Shown: in pieces, positions 20,916-32,268 of the stretch | Position numbering within the stretch: position 1 is the stretch's first letter | Layout of the letters: every line of letters begins with the position of its first letter | Assembly: GCF_000142905.1 (NCBI RefSeq) | Contig: NW_013657640.1 | Coordinates: 61,208-125,207, forward strand | Reading direction: 5' to 3' | Source: Thecamonas trahens ATCC 50062 | Taxonomy: Eukaryota > Protista > Apusomonadida | DNA: 64,000 nucleotides | Position numbers and translations under genes: made by a program | The notes under the pieces: generated by a model | Told to the model about the DNA's origin: nothing | The model's input: only the letters and a program-made list of their open reading frames with translations | Databases searched by the model: none

Positions 20916-22264
20916 CTAGACCTCGAGGAGGAGATCTTGGAGGAGCGGGATCATGGATGATGGGGTGCGAGTGTGGCTGAACCGCTTGATGAGCTCACCG
21001 GTGCGGCTGAAGACGATCATGGTCCACGGTGCCTTGAACGCCTTGCCTACCATCGACGACGCCTTGTCCTTGATCCAGGCAAAGAGCGGATGCGCATCCG
21101 AGCCATTGACGGCGGCAGCCTGGAGGAGCTGAAAGGTGACCCCATACGAATTGGCAATGGACCGGATCTCGGCCGCCGAGCTCGGCTCGGCCGCGTCAAA
21201 TTCGCCGGTCGAAGGGACGCCGAGGACAATCAGGCCCTGTTCGCTGTACAGCTCGTGGATAGCTTGCAGCTGGAGGAAGCGTGACTCGGCGAGCTTGGAC
21301 CGCGTCCCGATGTTGGTCACAATGACCACTTTGCCGTGGAGGGCGGAAAAGTCGTAGGCGTCGCCATCGAGAGTGGTCATCTCGAACTGGTACAGGCTCA
21401 GCGGCGATGACGACGGCGCTCCGGCCTGCGGCATGCACAGGTGGTAGAAGAGCGGCTCGTCCTTGATCGGGTGGCCGCGGACAACGTGCTCAAACACCTC
21501 GGCCTTTTCCATCCGCACCGCCAAGCCAAGCGCAGCCTCGCGCGAGCACCCAAGCTCAGCCGCCAGCCAGTCGACAAGCTCCGAGCCGAGGAAGCACTGC
21601 TTGTAGGTGCGAAGCCGGTACTTGCGGTCCTTGATCTCCACCGGTGGGCGCACAGCGTCGCCGACACCAGCCGCTCCATCATCTGGAGCGTCATCAGCGT
21701 CGTCGTCATCAACACCATCAGCATCGTCGGAAAAGACATCCGGATTGATGCCGAGGGCGCGGATGGCAAGGTCGATGACTTCAAAGTCGGAGATGTCGTC
21801 CACATCGGCCGGCTTGTCTGCACCTGGCACCGGCACACCATCTCCAGCATCGGTCGAGTCATCGCAAAAGACGTAGAAGAGGGTAGCATCCCGAAACGGC
21901 TTGTCCTTGTCAACCACATGGCGGACAAGACCTGCGTCGACGAGTTCCTGTCCCACCAAGGTGGCCTTGGCCCGAGCATCGCTATGACGAAACTCCAGAA
22001 TGTTGTAGAAGGCCAGGATCCAGTCAACCATCTCTGATCCCACAAAGCATTGTCTATACTGCCGCAGGCGCCATCTCCGGTCACGGATCTCCACGCCAAG
22101 TGCCGGTTCGCGGGCAAAGGCCACTATGTTCTCAATCTGGAGGGAGGTGGGGGGTGAGGTTGAAGGAGTGGGATGGGGGGAGGGGGGGGGCGGGGGGGGG
22201 CGTGGGGACGTGTGCTTACTTCATGGGGTGGAACAGGGTACGGTAAGTTGGAGAGGTCGACCAT
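20916..22264 (-). CDS. DEP-DEP-GPx-like fusion protein, catalytically degenerate paralog; exons 22264-22220 and 22136-20916
   Basis: Two DEP domains (IRDRRWRLRQYRQCFVGSEMVDW; IKDRKYRLRTYKQCFLGSELVDWL) then a GPx fold (GKVVIVTNIGTRSKL...VNGSDAHPLFAWIK). Exon 1 MVDLSNLPYPVPPHE ends at GTAAGC in phase 0. Confidence 0.85.
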
Positions 22265-22775
22265 GGTGTGTGTCTTCTTGTCGTGGAACNNNNNNNNNNN
22301 NNNNNNNNNNNNNNNNNNNNNNNNNNNNNNNNNNNNNNNNNNNNNNNNNNNNNNNNNNNNNNNNNNNNNNNNNNNNNNNNNNNNNNNNNNNNNNNNNNNN
22401 NNNNNNNNNNNNNNNNNNNNNNNNNNNNNNNNNNNNNNNNNNNNNNNNNNNNNNNNNNNNNNNNNNNNNNNNNNNNNNNNNNNNNNNNNNNNNNNNNNNN
22501 NNNNNNNNNNNNNNNNNNNNNNNNNNNNNNNNNNNNNNNNNNNNNNNNNNNNNNNNNNNNNNNNNNNNNNNNNNNNNNNNNNNNNNNNNNNNNNNNNNNN
22601 NNNNNNNNNNNNNNNNNNNNNNNNNNNNNNNNNNNNNNGGGAGGGGGGGGGAGTCGGAACACTCTCATTGTTGTGTTATCGGAATCATCATCTTGCCATT
22701 CTTGATGAACTACATCAGGCGGCCACCAATGCGCAGAGCAGGGTTAGGTATGCGCAGAGAGGCCGACGAGCTGAT

Positions 22776-22850
22776 GCGTCAAGGAGCTCGGGAGTCGGGT
22801 CGGACACGGCAGATGCGCGCGCCTTGAGACCCGGTCCGTCATGTTGAGGC
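22776..22850 (-). promoter_or_regulatory. Candidate eukaryotic SECIS element in the 3' UTR of the Sec-GPx gene
   Basis: Minus strand: GCCTCAA-C-ATGA-C-GGACCGGGTC-TC-AA-GGCGCGCGCATCTGCCGTGTCC-GACCCGACTCC-C-GA-GCTCC-TTGACGC. By eye this gives an ATGA/GA core, a ~9-bp helix II, unpaired AA, an apical mini-stem and a 6/7-bp helix I. Folded by eye only. Confidence 0.7.
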
Positions 22851-22897
22851 GATGATGAGCACGGGGAGATATGAGTGGGTGGAAAAGTCACGGCCAA

Positions 22898-24195
22898 TCA
22901 GGCCATAGAAGAGGATGTCGCGCCGCCGGCGGCAAAGGAGCCAGGGATGACGGCCGGATCGGTAAGGAGCTCTTGGATGAGCGGCGCCATGGACGAGGGC
23001 TTGCGCGGCGGCCGTAGCGGCGGACAGGCTCGCCCTTGGCATTGAAGACAAAGTGAGTGAAGTTCCACTTGATGCTAGTGCCAAGAGTCGACTTGAGCTG
23101 CGACTTGGCCCAGCGGTAGAGCGGATGGGCGCCGGCGCCGTTGACCTCATACTTGGTCATGAGGAGAAAGTCCACGGCAGCAGAAACGCCCCAGTCCTTG
23201 TCGTCAAGGAAAGCGATGAGCTCGTTCGGGTTTTCGGCGTCGAACGGCTCTTGATTGCCAAACTGGTTACATGGTACACCCACGATGACAAGACCCTGCT
23301 CGTGAAAGCGATTGTGGAGGTCAACGAGCCCCTTGTAGCGGGACTCGGTCAGGCCTCAGAACGACGCCACATTGGTGACGATGACGACCTTGCCACGGAG
23401 GGCGCCAAAGTCGAACGGCTCGTGGAAGAGCGTGTCCATGGAAAAGTCGTAGAGCGTCGAGTCGGGCGTCGAGTCGCCCGTGGCGACGGTGACGTGGTAG
23501 AAGAGCGGCTCGTCCTTGATCTTGTGGTCGCCGACGACGTGGGCAAAGATCTCGGCGTTTTCCATGCGCTTCGCGACCGAGAGCGCCTTGGGTCGCGAGC
23601 ACTTGAGCTCGACGCAGAGCCAGTCGATGAGCTCCGAGCCGAGGAAGCACTGCTTGTAGGTGCGGAGCCGGTACTTGCGGTCCTTGATCTCCACCGGCGG
23701 ATGCTTGGCAAAGGTGTCGGCGAGGAGCTTGATTTCGCGGTCGCGGGCTTCGGCCTCGTTGACTGGCGACTCCTGCGCCGCACTGCCGTCGTCGCCAAAC
23801 AGCGCGGGATCGATGTTGAGTGCACGGACAGCAATGTCAATGAGCTCCATGTCAGTCGGGCCCTCGATGTCCTCGCCGCCGAGGTTGGCGACGCAGCCAA
23901 TGAGCTCGTCGGCGCCAACAGGCGCAAACGAGTAGAACAGCTTCTCGTCAAGAAACGGCTTCTCCGGGTCGACCACATGCGCAAAGAGACCCTGGTCCAT
24001 CAGCATCTGGCCGAGCGCCACGGCACGGGCGCGGGCCATGGTCGACGTGTAGTCCATCACTGCATAGTACGTCAGGATCCAATCCACTAGCTCGCTTCCC
24101 ACAAAGCACTTGCGGAATCGGCGCATACGCCAGCGGCGATCGCAAACCTCGACGCCCTCGTCCGAGTCGCGCATGACGCGAACGAGTTCTTGGAC
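22898..24195 (-). CDS. DEP-DEP-glutathione peroxidase selenoprotein (main exon); Sec-TGA at 23358-23356; probable 1-nt frameshift at about 23010; 5' exon unresolved (gap)
   Basis: Reading through the TGA gives [47 protein letters not shown]...VNGAGAHPLYRW...IKWNFTHF, which contains the GPx catalytic motifs. Two DEP domains lie upstream in the same frame. Confidence 0.9.
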
Positions 24196-25132
24196 CTGTC
24201 GCGTGCGATAGCGTGACGGCCAGTATGGTGACCAAACCAAGTTGATGGCCATTGTGCGACGATGAGTACCAACGATCATCGCCAACGATGAGCGCCAACG
24301 ATCAGAATGGCGACCAGCGCAAGACCACCAAGACCAGCACGAGGTTCCCGGCATCGCCATCACAACACACAGCACACACAGCACATACAGCACATACAGC
24401 ACATACAGGCAGACAGTCATTCACACAGATGACAGATGGACAAATATATACGAACACGCGCACACACAGTGAGTCATGGCCATGGCCGGGGAGAGAACCG
24501 AGCTTGTGGCAGGTGGGGGGGGGGGGGCCANNNNNNNNNNNNNNNNNNNNNNNNNNNNNNNNNNNNNNNNNNNNNNNNNNNNNNNNNNNNNNNNNNNNNN
24601 NNNNNNNNNNNNNNNNNNNNNNNNNNNNNNNNNNNNNNNNNNNNNNNNNNNNNNNNNNNNNNNNNNNNNNNNNNNNNNNNNNNNNNNNNNNNNNNNNNNN
24701 NNNNNNNNNNNNNNNNNNNNNNNNNNNNNNNNNNNNNNNNNNNNNNNNNNNNNNNNNNNNNNNNNNNNNNNNNNNNNNNNNNNNNNNNNNNNNNNNNNNA
24801 AACACTAAGGTCGGCAAGGTCTGCGGTGAGTGGTGTACAAGGAGTGGCAGTTATGTGGGCTGAGGTCATCCGCAACTCCTTAAAAAAAACAGCGGGGTCA
24901 GGCATGATGGGTACGGAAATGGTGATGAGAAGATAACAATGATGGATGACGATGATGGGGGACACACGTGCAAGTACGTACCGCATATGCTTTCAAATAG
25001 AAATGGTGTCGTTGGTGGATGTGGACGTAGTGTGCAAGGGGTGGGTCGAGGGGGAAATGGTTAGCTCCGCCGTCCTGCGATCAACGGGTGGCTGGGAAAA
25101 ATCTTGCCGACTGCGACGGATCGAAGCATCGT

Positions 25133-25657
25133 ATGTTGCCGGCCTAGCTGTCGCTCGCTCTGCTGGCTCGACGGCTTGGGATTTCTTCGCATTTTCTATG
25201 CTGCCGGCCATCTTTGCCAGCACATCCTGCCAATTGGCACGGGACTCGCTTGCGCCTTCCTGCCATCGGTCGTCTGCACCACACCGGCCTACTCTTGGAC
25301 GTGGCAAACCTGGGATGGGTCGTGGTTGAGGTCACCTCTTAGGGCTACGGAGCACAGATGCTAGTTCCCTTTGTGTTCTGCTATCGTGATTACAACAAGA
25401 CGAAGCGTGAAGTCGAACACAATCTGCGCACTGTTTACCGACCTGTCGGTATCTCCACGGTTTTCCTCGATGCCTTCCAACGCTTCGTTGAGGAGTGGGT
25501 GGAGAACCACCCGAGTTACTCTGCCGTTTTCGGCCCCAACTGCCAGACGTTCGTCGCGGATGCAGTCGCGTTCTTGCAGGGCATCTCGGACTCGAGCTCC
25601 GATTCCGACTCGGACTCCGACTCTGACGACTCTGAGGACGGTTCCACATCCGCTTGA
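25133..25657 (+). pseudogene. PPPDE/permuted papain-like peptidase-like reading frame interrupted by in-frame TAGs (25145-25147 and 25340-25342)
   Basis: One frame carries LHHTGLLL (His motif) upstream of a TAG and YSAVFGPNCQTFV (Cys motif) downstream of it. Confidence 0.5.
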
Positions 25658-25943
25658 GCTGGGCACTCTACAGCCTAGTGAGACGGCAGTAGCATAGTAT
25701 ACTCTTTGCCATTTTTCTTTCTTCTTCTTCTCCATCTCCATCATGACAGGCCTCCGATACAACAAGCTCATCCGTCGACGAACATGCCAACCGAGTCCCC
25801 CCCCCCCCCCCCCCACCGACCCACCGTCGGTCGCTAACCACCGACCACCACCCACCGACCACCACGACAGCAACAGCACCAGTCACCCCCACCCCACCCC
25901 ACCCCCCCACACACACTCTCACTCAAATCCACACTCACACACC

Positions 25944-26723
25944 ATGTCTTACTCATGTACGTACCAAATACCTCTCCCCCCCTCCATACCCATATATCCC
26001 TATACCCATAGCCACTCACCCACAGCCACTGCGCCTACCATAGCTATGAAGAATGCTGAGCTGAAGGCTCTGCTCAAGGAGCGGGACCTGCTGACGACGG
26101 GCAAAAAGGCTGAGATGGTTGCTCGGCTGGAGGCTGATGACGAGGCCAAGGCTGCTGGTGGTGCTGAGACTGGCAACAAGGCTCATGCTGATGCTGGTGC
26201 TTCTACTGCCGCTGCTGCTGGTGGTGGTGCTGCTGCTGCTGCCGCTACCGCTACTGGTGCTGCTCCGCCGTCGTCGTCATCGGCCTCTGCTGCGCCGGGC
26301 ATCATCTCCATGGCTGCGGTCAAGGATGATGCTGCTGATCCCATGTCGCTGGAGGCGCGGAAGGCTCGTGCTGCCCGCTTTGGTGTTCCGGTCAAGTACA
26401 CCCCCGAGGAGGAGGCCATGATCAAGCTCCGCGAGCTGGAGGAGCTCGAGGCCAAGCGCAAGGCTCGCGCGGAGCGCTTCGGCACCGAGTACAAGCCGCT
26501 GCCGGAGACTCTTGCCGCCCGCCGCAAGGCGCCCACCATCGGGCCCAAGCCCGTCCTTGACGCTGCCGCCATCAAGGCCCGCGCCGCCCGCTTTGGCACC
26601 GAGCTCCCCAAGGAGCTCGCCGACAAGGAGGAGGCCGAGCTCCGCCGCAAGCGCAAGGAGCGCTTCGGCACCTCGGTGGCTCCCTCGGCCGAGCCGCTGC
26701 TTAAGAAGGCCAAGGGCCTGTAG
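25944..26723 (+). CDS. SARNP: SAP-domain ribonucleoprotein (SARNP/CIP29/Tho1/MOS11 family); exons 25944-25956 and 26044-26723
   Basis: MSYSSMKNAELKALLKERDLLTTGKKAEMVARL (SAP domain) followed by four RxxRFG repeats. 87-nt GTACGT...TAG intron. Confidence 0.85.
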   Translation: MSYSCTYQIPLPPSIPIYPYTHSHSPTATAPTIAMKNAELKALLKERDLLTTGKKAEMVARLEADDEAKAAGGAETGNKAHADAGASTAAAAGGGAAAAAATATGAAPPSSSSASAAPGIISMAAVKDDAADPMSLEARKARAARFGVPVKYTPEEEAMIKLRELEELEAKRKARAERFGTEYKPLPETLAARRKAPTIGPKPVLDAAAIKARAARFGTELPKELADKEEAELRRKRKERFGTSVAPSAEPLLKKAKGL

Positions 26724-26744
26724 CCCTCTCTCGCCGCATCGTCG

Positions 26745-29700
26745 TTAAACACCATTCTCGCCGCCACCCGCAAGCTCGACGATGAGATTTGCCACAAGAC
26801 CAGTCCACCCGGTCTGGTGCGATGCGCCGAGCCCGCGCCCAGTCTCGCCATCAAAGTACTCGTAGAAGAGCGTGCAGTCCGCAAAGTCACCGCTGCCGAA
26901 GCAAGCCGGCGTCGGTGGCGCGTACACCGGCGGTAGACCCGGCGACGACGGCTTCTCGAACAGAGAAACAAGCCGGCGTGCGAGATCGTCGGCAATATCG
27001 TAGAGTGCCACAAGCCGGCCCGACCGCGTCGGCAGCTCAAACTTCAGCGTGTCCCTGTAGTGCGCACCGTGCTTGCGCAGCGCGTCGATGAGGAGGTAGC
27101 AGACCGGGAACCAGACCGAGCCGCGCCAGCCCGAGTTGCCACCGTATGCGTGCGTCCGTGAGACCCCGGGCTCATACCCGATCTGCAGGGTCTGGCCGCC
27201 GATCTCGATGCTGAACGGCGAGTCGCGGTGGAACCGCGAGAGCGACCGCACGCCATGCGGCGAGAGGAACTCGTCCTCGTCGAGCACGTACCCCATGATC
27301 GACTCAAGCTGCTCCTGCGCAACCATCGAGAGGAAGAGCGAGCCGTCGTCCTCGACCTGCGAGACCGACGGCAGGACCGCGAGCATCGAGCTGCGGTAGG
27401 TACGGAACCAGGCGATGCGCCGTGAGAGCGCCGGCAGCTGGCTGAGCGCCTCGCCGGAGACCGTCGTCACCGCAAAGATCGGAATGAGGCCCACAAACGA
27501 CCGGACCTTGAGCGGGATGTGCTCGGTGTGGTCGTCTTGCGAAAGCATGTCGTAGAAGAAGCCGTCGACCGGATCCCAAAGCGCCCCACCGTGCGAGCCC
27601 ATGTTGTACGCTGCGTTGCAGATGAGCACAAAGTGCTCAAAGTACTTGGTCGCCGTGTCCTCGTATGCCGGCGATGCGTAAAGTGCGAGCTCGATCGCCA
27701 TGTCAAACATGTTGAGGCAGAACAGCGCCATCCACGCCGTCCCGTCCGACTGCTCCAGCGTCGTCCCGTCCGGCAGCGGCGCCGATCGGTCAAAGACCCC
27801 GATGTTGTCGAGGCCAAGAAAGCCGCCGGCAAACACGTTGTGCCCGTCGGCGTCCTTCCGCGCTACCCACCACGTAAAGTTGAGCATGAGCTTGTGGAAG
27901 ACTCGCTCGAGGAAGACCGTGTCGCGCCGCCCGCATCGTGCATGCTCCATCCGATACACTTTGAGTGCCGCCCATGCGTGGACCGGCGGGTTGACATCGC
28001 CAAAGTCCCACGGGTACGCCGCCAGCTGGCCCGCAGGATGCATGTACCAGTCGCGGAGCTGCAGAATGAGCTGCCGCTTGGCCCACTCGCCATCGACAAG
28101 CGCAAGCGTGACACACTGGATGGCCAGATCCCACGCCGCCGGCCACGGATACTCCCACGCGTCCGGCAGCGTGAGCACGTCTGACGCCACGTAGTGGCCC
28201 CACTCGGCGTTGCGGCCCGAGAGCCGCGACGCAGGCGGCGCAGGATGCAGGCTATCGCCGCGGAGCCAGAGATGGACCGAAAAGTGGAAGAACGACTTGG
28301 TCCACAGCATGCCTGCCACCGCCCGCCGAACAAGCGCTGCCCTCTCGGCGCTCACCTTGGCGCCGCCCGCCCATCGCGCCAGCAGTGCAGCGTGAAACTC
28401 ATCGGCGTCGGCCTTGCGCGCCGCGAGCACGCCTGCTGCGTCTGCAAACGGCTCGTCCGTTGGCTTCGGTGCGTAGCGGACCCAGATCCGGACCGCTTCG
28501 CCAGGCCCAAGTGTGCGGACAATGTGGCACGCAGCCTTGGTCCCGCGCGCCTCGGGGTTGACCGCACCGGCGTCTCCGTCCACCACAGCCCGATGGAACG
28601 CGTCCTTGGTATACGGCGAGGCGCCGTCCGGCGGATCGACGCCAAACACTGCTTGGTAGTTGGTCTCATTGTCGGTGAAGAGGAACGTGTCGCGGCTTGC
28701 AACCCGCTCGATGCCGCCGTCGCAGCCAACGCTTTCAACGCCCACGTAGTAGTAGCGCTTGCCCAGATGCTTGTGATTGGTGATTAGGCCGCCGCGCGCC
28801 TTCGAGTACCGAATGCTTGGCTTGACGGCATTGGGGTCGCAGCGGACGGTGGTCAACCGCGCAGATGCGTTGGTTGCCTGGAAGGCGTTGTCGGAGATGG
28901 GGCCAGGATCGCCGCCGCAGCTTGCGCCACCTCTATCAACCCCGCCATGGACGTCATCGTCCGACGAGGATGACTCGTACGGCGCCAGCGTCGTCGGCTC
29001 CGACGGTGGCTTGGTTGCGTTCCACGACCAAGTGTTGCGGTGCCAGACATGCGGAAGGACGTGGATCGGTGCCGCATCGGTTTCAGACCTGTTCGTCACC
29101 GTCACAATGTGGAAGACGTCATCACCGGCAACCTTGGCAAACTCGATCTCCACATCAAAGTAGGCCCGGGCAGCAAACGCATCCTCCAGCGCATGTCCAA
29201 GCTCATACTCATCGTCCCAAAGCCCTGAGGTCTTGGCCACGTCAACCAGATCGGCGTAGGGAAACTCAACGTGTGGGTACTTGTACAACATCGCCATGTA
29301 AGCGTGCGTCGGCACGCCATCAGTATGAAAGTAATCTGTACACAGCCAGTGTGTGTGTGTGTGTGTGTGAGTAAAGAACGCACCGAGCTCGGCCTCGCCT
29401 CCAGCACTCTCCATCTATCTCTCCAGCCATCCTCATCGCGGCACCCATCGATCAAGCCTCCCCTCCCCCCCCTTCGCCCCTCCCTCGTGCACGTACACTC
29501 CTTCACATCTTCGCCATGTGGACCTTCGGGCCCAGTGACGCCGAACAAGCGCTCCTTGAGGATGGGATCGAGACCATTCCACAGAGCCAGGGCCATGACA
29601 CTGTTCTGGAATCGGTTACACCAGCCACCGAGCCCATCCTCTGCCCATCGATACGCGCGAGATCTTGCATGATCATGCGAAAGTATGACCATGCATCACC

Positions 29701-29823
29701 ATCGGCCGAGTAGTCCTCCCGAACTGTTCCCCAAGACCGATCACACACATACGGTCCCCATCCCTTCCAGTCTGCCTCACGTCGCTGTGACGCCTCCAGC
29801 CGAGTATCTTCACGCGTGCTCAT
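26745..29823 (-). CDS. GH63-like (MGH1/YMR196W-type) glycoside hydrolase; exons 29823-29497 and 29335-26745; 1-nt frameshift at about 29679
   Basis: [48 protein letters not shown] and [25 protein letters not shown]. Splicing restores EDVKEYYFHTD. Confidence 0.9.
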
Positions 29824-30331
29824 ACACAATGCTCACACTGGCTCAGAGAAAGCCGAGATGTGTGTTGCAATGCTGTTGACTACTCGTCACCGTCACCGTC
29901 ATCGTCATCGTTGTCGTCGTCGTCGTCGTCGTCAGCCGATGTGACAGGCATGGCGTCACGCATCGCCACGTAGTCAGCTACTCATTGCCCTCGCCAGCAC
30001 AGATCGACAACACCAAACACATACGCTACACCGTGTATCCACATATCTCGTCCAAGACGCAGTCCGATCTCGGACAACACCTGGCCACCGAGAGAGCTCA
30101 GAGCGTTTGAACTCGGTACCGAGCTCGATCGCGCCGCGCTACGCCGCATCATCAGGCTACTAGCATCGTCACAAACACTACATCATCATGCATCCCCCGC
30201 ACCGCACCGCCCCGCACCCCCTCCTCCAAACTCGCATCCGTCATGGCCATCGCCCGCGGTGACTCTGCCAAACACCTCAAGTCACGCACCCAAGACCACA
30301 CAGCCAGGCCACAGCCAAGCAAGCGACGGCG

Positions 30332-30332
<1 letters not shown>

Positions 30333-30398
<66 letters not shown>

Positions 30399-30407
30399 CA
30401 GCAGCAA
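30333..30407. repeat. (CAG)n microsatellite upstream of the carboxypeptidase start
   Basis: About 24 CAG units seen directly. Confidence 0.9.
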
Positions 30408-30453
30408 CGACCTAGAACGACACATTCAACTCACTTTTTGTCCGACAACAACC

Positions 30454-32054
30454 ATGCACAACATGCGCAAGGTTGCTGTTGGTAGCCTTGGACTTGTGGT
30501 CCTCTGTACCCTTGCCCTCCTTGCCTCTGGCAAGCCCTTTGCCAAGCTCCCGTCGATGGCGCCTCTCCTCCCTGACATGGCTGACGAGCTTACTGCTGCT
30601 TCGACTTCATCTGCTGGACCTGCTGTCTTTCTCAATGACTATGAACATGATCCTGTTGCTGCTGCAAAGGCTACAAAGGTCGAGAGCCTTCCTGGTCTGG
30701 ATGGCCCTCTCCCTGCTCCGGCTTATGCTGGCTACGTCACTGTGGACAAGGAGTACAACTCTAACCTCTTCTACTGGTTCTTTGAGAAGGACGGCGGCAT
30801 GGAGCCCGACACCCCCATCATCCTCTGGCTGCAGGGTATGTCATCAATGCTCGCCCCCCTCCCTCTCCCCCTCCCCCTCCCCCTGTCCATGTCCCCCCAC
30901 TCACCGCCCCCCCCCCCGTCCGCCATCATCATCTCATCACAGGTGGTCCCGGCGGTACCTCGATGTTTGGCCTCTTTGTCGAGTCGGGCCCGTACGGCTT
31001 GTACCAGAATCTGACCATCTTTGAGCGCGAGTACTCGTGGACCAAGTTTGCTGGCATGCTGTATGTGGACAACCCGGTGATGACCGGCTTTTCGTTCACA
31101 GACTCGCCTGATGGCATCTCGCGCAACCAGGACGAGGTCGCTGACAACCTGTACGCCTTCTTTGTCTCGTTCTACAAGGCCTACCCGCAGTACAAGAACA
31201 ACCCGCTCATCATCGCCGCCGAGTCGTACGGCGGCAAGTACGCGCCGGCCATCACCTACAAGATCATGACCGAGAACGCAAACTCGTCCAACCCGAACCC
31301 GCCCATGCCGCTCAAGGGAATGGCCGTCGGCGACGGCCTCTCTGATCCGGCCACCCAGATCCTTGGCTACGCCGACCTTGCCTACAACTTTGGCATCGCC
31401 GACCCGGCCGAAGCCGCTACCATGCGCGAGTACCAGAAGAACATCCTTCACAACATCGAGACCAAGAACTGGCCGCTCGCCTCCAAGCTCTTCAACGACC
31501 TGGTCGACGGTCCGCCCGACCTCTTCCAGAACTACTCGGGCTCGCCCAACTACTTTGACGTCCGCATCTCGTACACCCCGGTCTACGGCGGCGACTTCTC
31601 GGCCTTCCTCAACCGCTCCGACGTCCGCGCCGCCCTCCACGTCGGCGACCACTACTTCCTTGACGGCTCCGTCGCCGCCGAGGGCCTGCAGGACGACTTG
31701 TGCAAGACCGTCAAGCCGCTCATGCCCACCATCTTCAACAACCTGGACGTCCTCATCTACAACGGCCAGTTTGACTACATCGTCGGCGCCCCGCTCACCG
31801 AGAACATGCTCGCTCTCTTTGGCCCCGAGTGGCACGGCTGGCGCACCTGGCTCGACCAACCCAAGGTCATCTGGCGCCTCGCTCCGTCAGACCAGCACGT
31901 CGCCGGCTACGTCAAGCAGTTTGACTCGACCTCTTCTACCACTTTCACCCAGATCGTCGTTCGCGACGCCGGCCACATCAGCCCTTGGGATCAGCCTCAG
32001 GTCATCTCCCAGATGTACCAGAACTTTGCCTACGGCCTTCCTTTCAAGCCGTAG
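30454..32054 (+). CDS. Serine carboxypeptidase S10 (CPVL/vitellogenic-like); exons 30454-30835 and 30943-32054
   Basis: Signal peptide; spliced WLQG|GPG; YVDNPVMTGFSF; AESYGG nucleophile motif; YNGQFD; AGHISPWDQP. Confidence 0.93.
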
Positions 32055-32268
32055 TCTCACCTCGTTCTCCATCCCCTCTTTCGTTCTAATCATCATCCCT
32101 CGGGTATTTGAACGCGTACACCAACTCGTCTTTCCCTCCCCTCCGACCGCTTGCCCACTCCCCTGTCCGTCCCCCCCCCGGCAGCACACACACATACACA
32201 CACACACACACACACGGCTGAGGCGCAAGCCATACAGTCACCCACCCTCACCACTCCACCCTCCCACC

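Noticed and set aside
24982-24989. Possible 8-nt minus-strand micro-exon (AG|CATATGCG|GTACGT) for the Sec-GPx 5' end
   Set aside because: Splice and branch signals are present, but no upstream donor was found, GTACGTAC reads the same on both strands, and the adjacent gap prevents a phase check; left unresolved.
30243-30485. Poly-Gln ORF
   Set aside because: A CAG microsatellite upstream of the carboxypeptidase signal peptide; no other coding evidence.
31363-32268. N-terminal 300 aa of the 1156-aa glycosyltransferase ORF
   Set aside because: Alternate frame of the carboxypeptidase plus a CA-repeat intergenic region; the likely start is 32269.
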